Origin: Halorarum halobium
GTDB taxonomy: Archaea; Halobacteriota; Halobacteria; Halobacteriales; Haloferacaceae
Length of the DNA stretch: 64,000 bases
Reading direction: 5' to 3'
Assembly: GCF_032116555.1 (NCBI RefSeq)
Contig: NZ_CP134949.1
Location: 2,356,001 to 2,420,000, forward strand
Below, in pieces: positions 30,001-38,957 of this stretch (the stretch's first letter is position 1; each line of letters begins with the position of its first letter). The notes beneath the pieces were generated by a model. It did no database searches. It was not told where the DNA came from and saw only the letters and a list, made by a program, of their open reading frames with translations. A program made the position numbers and the translations under genes.

Positions 30001-30716
30001 TGTCCGTGCTCGAACTCGAGGACGTGAACGCGTTCTACGGCAACAGCCACATCCTGTTCGACCTGGACCTGACGGTCGAGGAGGGGGAAGTGGTCGCCCT
30101 GCTGGGCCGAAACGGCGCGGGCAAGACGACGACGCTCCGGGCGATCACCGGCACGGTTCCGCGCCGCGAGGGCCGCATCGACTACCGCGGGCAGGACATC
30201 ACGGACGAGTCGGTCGACGACATCAGCGACATGGGCGTGAAGCTCGTCCCGGAGGAGCGGCGCGTGTTCCCGACGCTGACGGTCCACGAGAACCTGCAGG
30301 TCGCCCGCGATGCCTGCGAGACGCCCCGCGAGATCGACGAGATGTACGACATCTTCCCCGCACTGAGCGATCTCAGGGGCAACGACGCCCGGAACCTCTC
30401 GGGCGGGGAACAGCAGATGCTCTCGGTCGCCCGCGCGCTCGTGCAGGACCCGGACCTGCTGTTGCTCGACGAGCCGACCGAGGGGCTCGCGCCGGTCATC
30501 GTCGACGACCTCCGCGAGGTGTTCGCCGACGTCGTCCAGCGCGACGTGACGGTGTTCATCACCGAGCAGAACGTGGAGTTCGCGCTGGAGCTCTCGGAAC
30601 GCGCCTACATCATCGAGAAGGGCGCGAACGCCTGGGAGGGGAGCATCGACGAACTGGAGGAGCAGGAGGACCTGCTGGACGAGTACCTCTCGGTGTCGAC
30701 CGCCGAGGCGGACTGA
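30000..30716 (+). CDS. livF: ABC ATP-binding protein
   Basis: GRNGAGKTT, LSGGEQQM and DEPTEGLAP. Confidence 0.94.
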   Translation: MSVLELEDVNAFYGNSHILFDLDLTVEEGEVVALLGRNGAGKTTTLRAITGTVPRREGRIDYRGQDITDESVDDISDMGVKLVPEERRVFPTLTVHENLQVARDACETPREIDEMYDIFPALSDLRGNDARNLSGGEQQMLSVARALVQDPDLLLLDEPTEGLAPVIVDDLREVFADVVQRDVTVFITEQNVEFALELSERAYIIEKGANAWEGSIDELEEQEDLLDEYLSVSTAEAD

Positions 30717-30811
30717 GTCGACGAGTCGAGTAGCCAGCTCCCACGGACGTGGGGCGGACCGAAGCGACGGCGGGGAAGCACTTTTCACCGGCTGCATACA
30801 ACCGTATGCAC

Positions 30812-31048
30812 ATGTCGAAGAGCATCCGGCTCTCGGAGGACGCTTACGACCGCCTCGCCGCTCACAAGCGGGAGGACGAGACGTTCTCCGAGGTGATCCT
30901 CCGACTCGCCGGCGAGCGGTCGCTCCTCGAACTCGCCGGCATCCTCTCCGACGAGGAGGCCGAGGCTCTCCGGAACGCCGTCGACGAGCGCCGGACCCGC
31001 CGTCGCGAGGAACTCGACGGAATCGCCGAGGAACTGCAGGGGGCCTGA
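30812..31048 (+). CDS. vapB: VapB-type antitoxin
   Basis: KSIRLSEDAYDRL..K...ETFSEVILRL, immediately upstream of a PIN gene. Confidence 0.9.
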   Translation: MSKSIRLSEDAYDRLAAHKREDETFSEVILRLAGERSLLELAGILSDEEAEALRNAVDERRTRRREELDGIAEELQGA

Positions 31049-31049
31049 C

Positions 31050-31439
31050 GTGCTGCTCGACACGTCGTTTCTGATCGACCTCATGAACGGCGACGAGGGC
31101 GCCGTCGAGACGGCTCGTGAACTGGAGACCGATCTGGTCCAGCAACGCCTCTCCGCGATGACGCTGTTCGAACTGTACCACGGCGTCGCTCGCTCGACAC
31201 AGTCGGCCGACGAACGGGAGAAGATCGAGAACGTCCTCGCCTCCAAGCCTGTACATCCCGCCGGCGAGGCCGTCATGCGGAAAGCAGGCCGGATCTCCGG
31301 TGAACTCGTGAACGACGGTGCTGCCGTCGGGGATGGGGACGCGATCATCGGGGCGACCGCGGACGTCGTGGACGAGCCTGTGCTCACCCGGAACGTGGAC
31401 GACTTCGAACGGCTCGGCGTCGAGACCGAGACCTACTGA
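31050..31439 (+). CDS. vapC: VapC PIN-domain toxin
   Basis: LDTSFLID, EL..G, DAIIGATA and LTRNVDDF. Confidence 0.93.
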   Translation: MLLDTSFLIDLMNGDEGAVETARELETDLVQQRLSAMTLFELYHGVARSTQSADEREKIENVLASKPVHPAGEAVMRKAGRISGELVNDGAAVGDGDAIIGATADVVDEPVLTRNVDDFERLGVETETY

Positions 31440-31524
31440 GCACAGGTGGTTGCGACGGAGGCTCGGGCGAGCACCGGGGTCGCGCCGGACGTGTCGGGCC
31501 CGGCGACCGTGGTCCGCCCCGCCG

Positions 31525-31539
31525 TTCACTTTCACTCCG
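31525..31539 (+). promoter_or_regulatory. TTTCAC direct-repeat box
   Basis: TTCACTTTCACTCCG followed by TATA-like TTAAAT. Ends 42 bp before ATG 31581. Confidence 0.65.
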
Positions 31540-31580
31540 TACCGCCCGTTAAATCACGTGCGGGCCCTGCCAACTGTACC

Positions 31581-31796
31581 ATGGAGCGGTACAGGACGGT
31601 CACCCAACACGACGTCGTCCCGTGTCCCGAGTGTGGAGCGGACCTCACCGTCGTCAGTAGCGTCATCCCGGAGAATCGACCCTACGTGTGCTCGCAGTGC
31701 GAGGCGGTCCTCGGCTCGACGCGCGGGCATCTGAAGCCGGGGCAGGTGCGGGTCCGGTCCGGAGAGTCGAATGCTCGGCGTTTACGACTGCGGTGA
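31581..31796 (+). CDS. Small CPxCG zinc-finger protein
   Basis: CPECG and CSQC. TATA about 30 bp upstream. Confidence 0.7.
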   Translation: MERYRTVTQHDVVPCPECGADLTVVSSVIPENRPYVCSQCEAVLGSTRGHLKPGQVRVRSGESNARRLRLR

Positions 31797-32949
31797 GGCG
31801 ACGCTGAATCGGATGCAACGAGGACCGGCCGGGATGCAGCTACGGGCTCCTTCGAAAGCGAGAACTTCGGGGATGGACTCGCTGGCGGTTGCCGGATTGG
31901 AAGCGCGACACCCCGCCGCAGGAGCGTGGTTACCATGCCGATACCTCGCCATCAAACGTCGGCGGACCTCCATCTTCTCGCGCTCGGACCGCTTGTCGTA
32001 GTGCTTGTCGAGGATCGGCTCGGTCACGTCCATCCGCTCGCTCACGAGTTCCTTCGGAACACCCTCGTTCAGGTCGCGGGAGATAGCTCCCTTCCGAAGC
32101 GGGTGCGGCGAGACGGACGACGGGCAGCGACTAGCCGTCTTCTGGTTATCCATCGCCTCGCACGTCTCGGGGTCCCTGTCGTACGGGCAACCGCCGATGA
32201 CGCACGGCCGGGAAACGCGGTCCACCGTCTCTCGGATGCTCGTTTTGCTCAGCCGTCCGCTTCTCGACGAGGTGATCAGCGGTCGCCGGTCGTTCTCATC
32301 GGTCACATTCGTACGGTTCCGAGCGAGGTAGTCGTCGACGGCCGCCGCCACGGATGGCGGCAGAGCAACGTCCCGCTGGCCGCGATCCTCGTTCTTGAGC
32401 GTGGTTGCCGGCGGTCGGTGACGCAGCTCGATGCACGGCTCGTCCGCGTCGTAGTCGCCCACGTCGAGGCCGTGCAGCGCGCCCATCCGCATTCCGGTGT
32501 GCCAGAGCAGCAGGTAGATCACATGGTCACGGCTGGCGTAGCGGAACGTCTCCAGGTAGTCGAGAATCTCGTTCGCGGGCTCGGTGCGGAGCACGTCGCT
32601 GTTCGTCTCATCCTCGGGCGAGACCTCCGGCATCGGGACGTGCTCGCGCAGTCCCTCCTCGCAAGCGTCGACGGAGTGCCAGAAGTCCAGCGCAACGCGG
32701 AGCGTCGCGAGGTGATTCTTCAGCGTCACCGACTTCACCGCTCCCTTCCGGTAGTTGTAGAACCGGAACAGGTCACGACCGGAGAGGTCGTTCAGGTTCT
32801 CGATTCCGTTCTCGTTGCAGAACTCGAGGAACGGGCACAGCCGGTACTGCTTGTTTTCGACCGTGTGCTCACTATCCTTGCCGTCGCGGCTTTTCGAGAG
32901 ACCACTCGATACCCTCCTCGGGTGAGAGGGGTTCGAGATCGTCACTCAT
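31782..32949 (-). pseudogene. Tyrosine integrase (SNJ2-like) with a single +1 frameshift near the N-terminus
   Basis: GAGGTG SD precedes ATG 32949 ([16 protein letters not shown]). An extra A in the run at 32891-32894 breaks the frame. The rest is intact: TGMRMG, LKN, HPLRKG, KHYDKR. Confidence 0.85.
31874..31885 (-). repeat. att site (copy of the tRNA-Ala 3' end)
   Basis: Exact match to 38822-38833. Confidence 0.8.
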
Positions 32950-33281
32950 CGACCGGCACCTCAGTTGCGTTCGGGGACATCAGCACGTCTGGCTGATGGG
33001 GTGTGTCTGGAAGTATTCGATCACCCTTGCAACGGTGAAAGTAAATCCACTTTCACCGCGCAGGGCGGTGGCTGTACCATCGAACTGCTACGCCGTCGTC
33101 GGGGGATTCATGCGTCCCCAGCGGGATTACTGACATGGCTTTCGTGCCTCAGTCACGGAAGCCAACGCGGATCCGCTGGCCTAACAGCGGGGTCCGCTTG
33201 CGTTCTACGGTGGACCCATCGACGAGCGACGAGTCCGCGAGATGCTTCCGTTGACAGGTCCACCGTAGGCGTTCACATTGA

Positions 33282-33362
33282 ATCTACTGACAGTAGATGC
33301 TGAAAGTATGTACTGATTAGACATACTATAACGACAAACACGCCTATGTACTATCGGTATAT
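33282..33362. promoter_or_regulatory. Three operator-like 17-bp palindromes upstream of the repressor
   Basis: ATCTACTGACAGTAGAT (33282, perfect), ATGTACTGATTAGACAT (33308) and ATGTACTATCGGTATAT (33346). Confidence 0.6.
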
Positions 33363-33387
33363 GTGGTCCTCTACAGGGGACTCAGAC

Positions 33388-33678
33388 GTGAAGCTCGTAC
33401 AGCCTACCGGTTTTGAAATCTTGTCCACTCTCGAGGAGACTGGCCGGAACGTCGCCTCAAATATCGCACTTCACACCGAAAGGGACCGGAACTACCTCAA
33501 CACCCGATTTCCTCAGCTGATGGATTACGGATTGGTCGAGAAGATCGGCCCCAGTGAAAACAGCGGTTTGTACGAAATCACAGATCGGGGTAAGGCCGTG
33601 GTTAGGCTACGGGACAAATACGACGATACCGAGGAATTTGAGCAGCTGGTCGAGTCGTACCTTTCGGACGAACTGTAA
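33388..33678 (+). CDS. phiH1-repressor-like winged-helix protein
   Basis: FEIL..L..GRNVASNIA...RNYLNTR.PQL.DYGLVEKIGP..SGLYEITDRG. Divergent from the integrase. Start could be 33361. Confidence 0.82.
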   Translation: MKLVQPTGFEILSTLEETGRNVASNIALHTERDRNYLNTRFPQLMDYGLVEKIGPSENSGLYEITDRGKAVVRLRDKYDDTEEFEQLVESYLSDEL

Positions 33679-33852
33679 ACGGGAGGCGGGCGCTCGGACC
33701 CGCAGGGGGCCTCTCGCGCCGCCTCCTCAACCGGGCGCTAACGCTATTGATGGAGCGAGAGATGCACGTCGAACGCGCCCCGCATGGAGTTACGCGGGGA
33801 ACAGGTGCGGGACGATTGCTAAGTGTAGAGGAACAAGATACTGCGTCGGATC

Positions 33853-34869
33853 TTAGCGTTGTGATTCGCGGAGGATCAGCGGCTCGATGGCAAGTGTCCG
33901 TTTCGCTATGGTGACGATGCGAAGGACGTACGAGACGAACAGCATGAATGGAACGAGCGTCACCGCAAACGCACCGCCCACGACGAGGATGATGTGATCG
34001 AGACCGAGTGTGCTTCCCGGGAACGTCCCCGCATCGACGATTCCGACCATGATGCCCGCAACGGCCAATGCCGGGACTGCAGCATAGAGAATCATCTGAG
34101 ACAAGTCGATGAGTGCCCACTGGAAGTACAGCGTCTTGATGTGTTCGCGCGCCGGACCAAACAGAGACAGCGCTGTTTTGAGATCGTCAAGCAAGCCGTG
34201 TTCTTCCTCAGTGAGGCTCTCTTCGTATTCGTTCGTAAGACGTTCAACTTGGAAGATTTTCCAGCTATAGTTGAAATTTAGTGCGGCGAATACCACATCG
34301 AACGAGCCGAACTGCGCATCCTCAAGTTGGTCACGGACCATGTCAGCGTTCCCAGTGACGCTGTCAGCGAACTCATCGACCTCTTCTCGGAGGTTCTCGT
34401 CGTCATTCTTGCCAATTGACTCTCGAAGAGCCGTCGTCCGTTGTGCCGTGATTCCGATGATCTGCCGGAGGAATTCGGATGGATCGGCAGGACTCGGAGA
34501 TCCAATTAATTCTTCAGTATAATCCCGGAAATCCATTGAACTGGACATACGCTCGCGTTGATCGCCGAGCGGGCCGTTCTCCTGGGAGAGGACGAGCTGA
34601 CCGATCGTGACGACGAGTGTCGTCCCGGTCACGATGACCGTGATCATCGTCGAGAACATCGTGTCGATCATGTCGCCGGACTCGATTTGCCGTGAAAACG
34701 GTGGATCGAGGACAGCGACGGCGATGACGAATGCGACGAACACGGCACTGGTCAGGATGCTGGAGACGAGAAGGCGGTTCGCGCGCATCAGCACCCAGAG
34801 TTTAATCCGACTCTCGCCCGAGCGTTCACGCATCTTGTTGGCCGTACTGATGTCGGTCTCGTCAGTCAT
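33853..34869 (-). CDS. Conserved haloarchaeal membrane protein of unknown function
   Basis: Two pairs of TM segments around a helical domain. Paralog remnant at 4943-5682. Confidence 0.85.
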   Translation of the reverse strand: MTDETDISTANKMRERSGESRIKLWVLMRANRLLVSSILTSAVFVAFVIAVAVLDPPFSRQIESGDMIDTMFSTMITVIVTGTTLVVTIGQLVLSQENGPLGDQRERMSSSMDFRDYTEELIGSPSPADPSEFLRQIIGITAQRTTALRESIGKNDDENLREEVDEFADSVTGNADMVRDQLEDAQFGSFDVVFAALNFNYSWKIFQVERLTNEYEESLTEEEHGLLDDLKTALSLFGPAREHIKTLYFQWALIDLSQMILYAAVPALAVAGIMVGIVDAGTFPGSTLGLDHIILVVGGAFAVTLVPFMLFVSYVLRIVTIAKRTLAIEPLILRESQR

Positions 34870-35072
34870 ACTGGCTCATCCGATTGGGCAGGTCGCTTGA
34901 AAACGAGGTACTTGGTGCCGCCTCCCTCGTAGTCGATCGTCTCCACAAACTCCCAGCCCTCTGCACCGAGTTGATTCAACTCTGCTTTCGGATCCTCTGC
35001 TTCTTTTTGGGTCTCATCGCGCGGCGGGCGAAGCGTCTCGTACTCCCAGCGGATCGCCTCTGATTCGGACAT
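34866..35072 (-). CDS. DUF4177-like small protein
   Basis: WEY...LNQLGAEGWEFV...LVFKRP. Confidence 0.85.
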   Translation of the reverse strand: MSESEAIRWEYETLRPPRDETQKEAEDPKAELNQLGAEGWEFVETIDYEGGGTKYLVFKRPAQSDEPV

Positions 35073-35145
35073 CACTCCCAGTAGGTACTGCAACCCCCTA
35101 TATACAGTTCCACTACCGAGATGGTACAGTATACGGAGAACGGAT

Positions 35146-35865
35146 TTATCGGTCTGTCTCTTTCCAGTCGTCCGTGTCTCCTTCACGGAACTCACCCTTG
35201 GCATGGCGCTCGCGGGGCCAGAAGGTGACGCCCAGCAGTGCGACGTAGAACACACCCACAACGGCAACCACAGCAATCCCGGGAATACGGGCGATTCCAG
35301 CGGTTGTCAGCCAATCTTGGCGCGGTGCGAACGCTGTAATCCTGAAGACCCACGCGACCAAGAGGACACTGAGCAGAGCAAGGTACACACGCTGGAGCCG
35401 GTTTGCGAGTGCTTCGTAGAACGAGACTTTCAGCGTCGGCCTTCGATAGTCCCTGCTCAGTTCCGCTCGCCAGTCGTGACTTTCAGTGCCTTGGGACGGA
35501 TCGAGGGCGTTTGCGAACAGGTTCTCTTGGATGAGTCGAGCACGAGAGCGAAAGACGTCGTAGTCCCGGTACCGCCGTGCTTCGATGCCCAGAAAGACGG
35601 TGACGACAACGATCCCGATCAGCACGATATAGTGCGGGTTATCGGTACTCGAAAACGCCCACGTCAAGATTGCTGCCATCAGCGTCACCGCCCACGTCGT
35701 CGTCTCGTCGAGGCGCTGCCGCCACGTCCCTACTCGGTCTATCTCTCCGCGATAGGCGTGGGCCATCACCGAACCGAGTCCCGTACTGTCGTCAACCATT
35801 TCGCGGCCGATCTCCCGTTGGTCTGGTGCTGTTGGGTCGAACTCGTCGCTACTCGAATCGGTCAT
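35146..35865 (-). CDS. DUF2270 family membrane protein
   Basis: HAYRGE...WRQRLD.TT.WA and EARRYR.YDVFRSR.R. Confidence 0.9.
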   Translation of the reverse strand: MTDSSSDEFDPTAPDQREIGREMVDDSTGLGSVMAHAYRGEIDRVGTWRQRLDETTTWAVTLMAAILTWAFSSTDNPHYIVLIGIVVVTVFLGIEARRYRDYDVFRSRARLIQENLFANALDPSQGTESHDWRAELSRDYRRPTLKVSFYEALANRLQRVYLALLSVLLVAWVFRITAFAPRQDWLTTAGIARIPGIAVVAVVGVFYVALLGVTFWPRERHAKGEFREGDTDDWKETDR

Positions 35866-36416
35866 AGAGGAGAGACATCTCCTCGTTCCATAAGCAGTGA
35901 TGGTGGCGGTGTAATCTGAGTGTCATGTACTGGAGAGCATCGAACGGTACTCAGGACTATTGAACAGATGTTCCAGATAGCCAGCTCAGAAATTACGTGC
36001 ATCTCTTCAGCGCCCAAGGGATATAATACGAATAAGAATCGTGCAGACTGTACGGAAACGCTTGACTGCGTACAGGTCTATCGCCGGCTCACTGGTCGAG
36101 CCAATAGGTTACAGAAATATACCCAATCGAGAACCACAGTTCCTATTTTGGCTGTACTCCGCGCATGGAAATCGTGGGCTCTCTCACTCAAATTCGCTAA
36201 CTACAGAGAATGAGTTCAGCACAGTCACGATGTCCTCGTGATTCGGATTACCTTGTTCACTCGTCTGTAGCCTCACTTCCGATATCGAAAATTCTCGCGT
36301 CCGCACTTCGAGCTCGTGTCCTGATACGGAATGACCTCAGCATCAGACGTTAGTTTCCGGCCTGTCCGAGGCGTTCCACAGATTACACACAATTTGATAC
36401 GGAATAATCAGGCCGA

Positions 36417-36839
36417 TTACGAGTTCTCGATGGGTGCTGCCTCAATGACTCCCTCGCTCCGTACTGTCACTTCAAAGTCCTCGTATGAGAACGAGATACT
36501 ATCACAGTTCCCACGATCGGTAGCTGACTCCGTAGCCAATTCATCAAGCGCGTCTGTATCAATGGCGGACTGAAGCGGCGTCAAGTCCCATGGTTCCCTG
36601 CCAAGCGCGGACGCAACAACTTCAACGACTGCTAAACTCGTCAAGTCCTGAGTACTGTCGTACGCCGCCCGGAAACTGTCTTGGTCCGCATCGAATTCAA
36701 CAACACTCATCGACTTCGTAATCTCAACAGTCATCGATTTCTCTTCAGGAGGCTCCATCAACACAATGTTGGCATTCTCTGGGGAAGAGGGTGGCTTTTG
36801 CTCCCGCAACATTCCTTTATGAGTGGTTTCCGGGCTCAC
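36417..36839 (-). CDS. HalOD1 output-domain protein
   Basis: SLAVVEVVA..P.DL.PL...IDTDALD.L..FSYE..VTV...G. The true start is probably downstream. Confidence 0.85.
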   Translation of the reverse strand: MSPETTHKGMLREQKPPSSPENANIVLMEPPEEKSMTVEITKSMSVVEFDADQDSFRAAYDSTQDLTSLAVVEVVASALGREPWDLTPLQSAIDTDALDELATESATDRGNCDSISFSYEDFEVTVRSEGVIEAAPIENS

Positions 36840-37486
36840 TCGTCGGGAGCGATGAGGGTACTCGCTACGAGACGTCGAAAACCGCGCTGTAACCGTGATG
36901 AAACCGCCTGCCGGGTGATTCCGAGTTCGTCGGCGAGATCCTGTTGCGTGGCGTCTCGCGGCGAGTCAAAGTGCCCCCGGGAATACGCCAGTACCAACGC
37001 ATTCCGTTGACCCTCGGTCAGATCGTATTCTCGATCGGACTTGAGCGACGAAATCGCGTGCAGCTCAGTCAGCTCAAGCGGGATGTCGTGGTCCTGGCAA
37101 TACGTCTGGAAGTTCGAGAGGTCTTGTTGCTCGTTTGCACGGACTTCAAACGTCCATCGCGTATCGTCTCCAATCCCAGAAACGAGTGAAATATCGGTAT
37201 TGACGACCGCCGTCAGAACACTCTCATAGTCCAGGTTCCAGTCGATACGGACGAGCATCTGTTCCTCCAGTTTATCGATTACTTTGACCTGGTCAATCCC
37301 GAGATCTACACTCAAATCTGTGTCGAGTTTATCCGTATCATCGGCGGAAATCCAGAAATAGGGGACGACTGCCTCACCGGTTGGGACAACCCGGTCTAAC
37401 TCGATAGTCACATCGGCTAATTGCTCGAAAACAGCACTCAACGGGAAATCCGCCTGCTCGATGGTGAACGAGGCCTCGATAGCCAT
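36836..37486 (-). CDS. Bacterio-opsin-activator-type HTH_10 regulator
   Basis: LTEGQRNALVLAYSRGHFDSPR....LADELGITRQAVSSRLQRG. Confidence 0.92.
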   Translation of the reverse strand: MAIEASFTIEQADFPLSAVFEQLADVTIELDRVVPTGEAVVPYFWISADDTDKLDTDLSVDLGIDQVKVIDKLEEQMLVRIDWNLDYESVLTAVVNTDISLVSGIGDDTRWTFEVRANEQQDLSNFQTYCQDHDIPLELTELHAISSLKSDREYDLTEGQRNALVLAYSRGHFDSPRDATQQDLADELGITRQAVSSRLQRGFRRLVASTLIAPDE

Positions 37487-37749
37487 ACCCGATCAGTAGT
37501 GATCCAGCCTCTTGGGTCAGTCGCTACTGATCTCTAGGGTGCTCCCAGCGTTTGATGAACCAACGTCCTGTGCTGAGCGTTCACCTTGAGGGATGCTCAA
37601 CCGCTAACTAGGCAGGTCTACCTAGCGGCTATTTCGAATTGAAAAGTACGGAACACTGGGATCAGCGTCAACAGAACACCACAGTTTGTCTGTGATTGAT
37701 GGTGCTGATAGGAAATCGGGGGCTCTCCGTCACCTCAGTCTCTCGGACG

Positions 37750-38088
37750 TTACGGGTTTCGGTCCGGGCGTTCGATCACCTTCGCAATCGAGAGGATGGC
37801 GGCGAACGAAGGAGGAGTTTCGGTGAGTTCGACCGTTCCCTCATCCGGATTATACTGAATGTACGTTGTCTCGGATGCTTTCGGTAAATCGACGTGGTAG
37901 AGTTTGAGTTCAATTCCGTCGAACGCCCCCTCAGGAACGGGGCCGATTCCAGGGTCGGATTCCCACTCTGCGACCTGTGCTGCTACCTCGTCGATAAGAA
38001 CAGGTCCCTCCTGTTGGTCAAGATAGTAGAGTGCGTACCGTCGCCGCTTCTTGCTCAGGAGTTCAAATATCCGATCCATAGAGACCAT
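37750..38088 (-). CDS. Haloarchaeal ArsR-like wHTH protein (DUF7344-like)
   Basis: FELLS..RRRYAL..L..VA..VA.WE..LYHVDLPK. Confidence 0.82.
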   Translation of the reverse strand: MVSMDRIFELLSKKRRRYALYYLDQQEGPVLIDEVAAQVAEWESDPGIGPVPEGAFDGIELKLYHVDLPKASETTYIQYNPDEGTVELTETPPSFAAILSIAKVIERPDRNP

Positions 38089-38395
38089 TCTTAATGATTA
38101 ATCCCAATAATCAAAACGGTTGCGGTGCCAGTAACAGATCCTCTACCGACCCCTGAAACTCCATGACGCATTCCTGTGCTATCGTTGACTTTTAGCTCGA
38201 TTCAAATCAATGAGGACCCTGCAGGCTGAAGGAGAACGCTGGGCGGATTTGAGGAAACGCCGGTTCAACGGCCAGACCGATAGGGTACAGAAACGGTTCC
38301 GCCTGCTCACTATTCCAAGATATATTATGAGAATACTTGAGTAACTGAATTAGTGAACAATAGATCAGTTATCAGGCACGCCCGTAAGTGGTGGT

Positions 38396-38713
38396 ATGGA
38401 CATCAAGACGGTCCATACTCGAGACGACGACGGACAGCACACCTACCGCGTGGTCCCCATCCAGAACGCCGGTGAGACGTACCGCCACACGTTCGAAGTG
38501 ACCGACGACGGCGAACACGTCGGCCACGAGTACGTCGGCGCTGGCGAGCCGGGCGACGTCGACGGTGGTCTCACGCTCGCCGTCGAACGTCTCGGGGTCG
38601 TCCCCCGGATCGTCGGCGCTCATGCGGCACCACCGCCTCGTTCCTTCGCCGTTTCAGGGGTGTCACTCGCGGAAGTTACGGGACGGCGGCTCCCGGAAGT
38701 GGCGAGTTCGTGA
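38396..38713 (+). CDS. Hypothetical protein of the element
   Basis: Acidic N-terminal two-thirds with good codon usage and a GTGGT SD-like motif. Confidence 0.55.
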   Translation: MDIKTVHTRDDDGQHTYRVVPIQNAGETYRHTFEVTDDGEHVGHEYVGAGEPGDVDGGLTLAVERLGVVPRIVGAHAAPPPRSFAVSGVSLAEVTGRRLPEVASS

Positions 38714-38821
38714 ACTCGCTCAGACACCCCCATTTCTTCCCGGCGTCCGATTCTCGGAACGGGCGAGAAACAGGTGTCACTCGCCAGTTTAGTGCGCCTT
38801 CGCAGCGAAGGAGTATTTAAG

Positions 38822-38893
38822 TGGACTCGCTGGGATTTGAACCCAGGGCCTCTTCCTTGCGAAGGAAGCGATCTACCACTGATCTACGAGCCC
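38822..38893 (-). tRNA. tRNA-Ala (anticodon CGC)
   Basis: GGGCTCGTAGATCAGTGGTAGATC; anticodon arm CTTCC-TT CGC AA-GGAAG; GGTTCAAATCC; ends CGAGTCCA. Confidence 0.97.
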
Positions 38894-38957
38894 GCACCAG
38901 AACGAACCGCTGGCGTTCACTTGAGGGTTCCGTTTCGCGCCACCAGCCAGCAAAAAC

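Larger units (their letters stand above)
31874..38833. mobile_element. About 7-kb integrative element at tRNA-Ala(CGC)
   Basis: 12-bp direct repeat TGGACTCGCTGG at 31874-31885 and 38822-38833 (tRNA 3' end). Contains an integrase and a repressor, and has lower GC. Confidence 0.88.

Noticed and set aside
32942..33055. Possible excisionase ORF ending EVPVDE* and overlapping the int start
   Set aside because: There is an in-frame stop upstream and no convincing start. At most a remnant.
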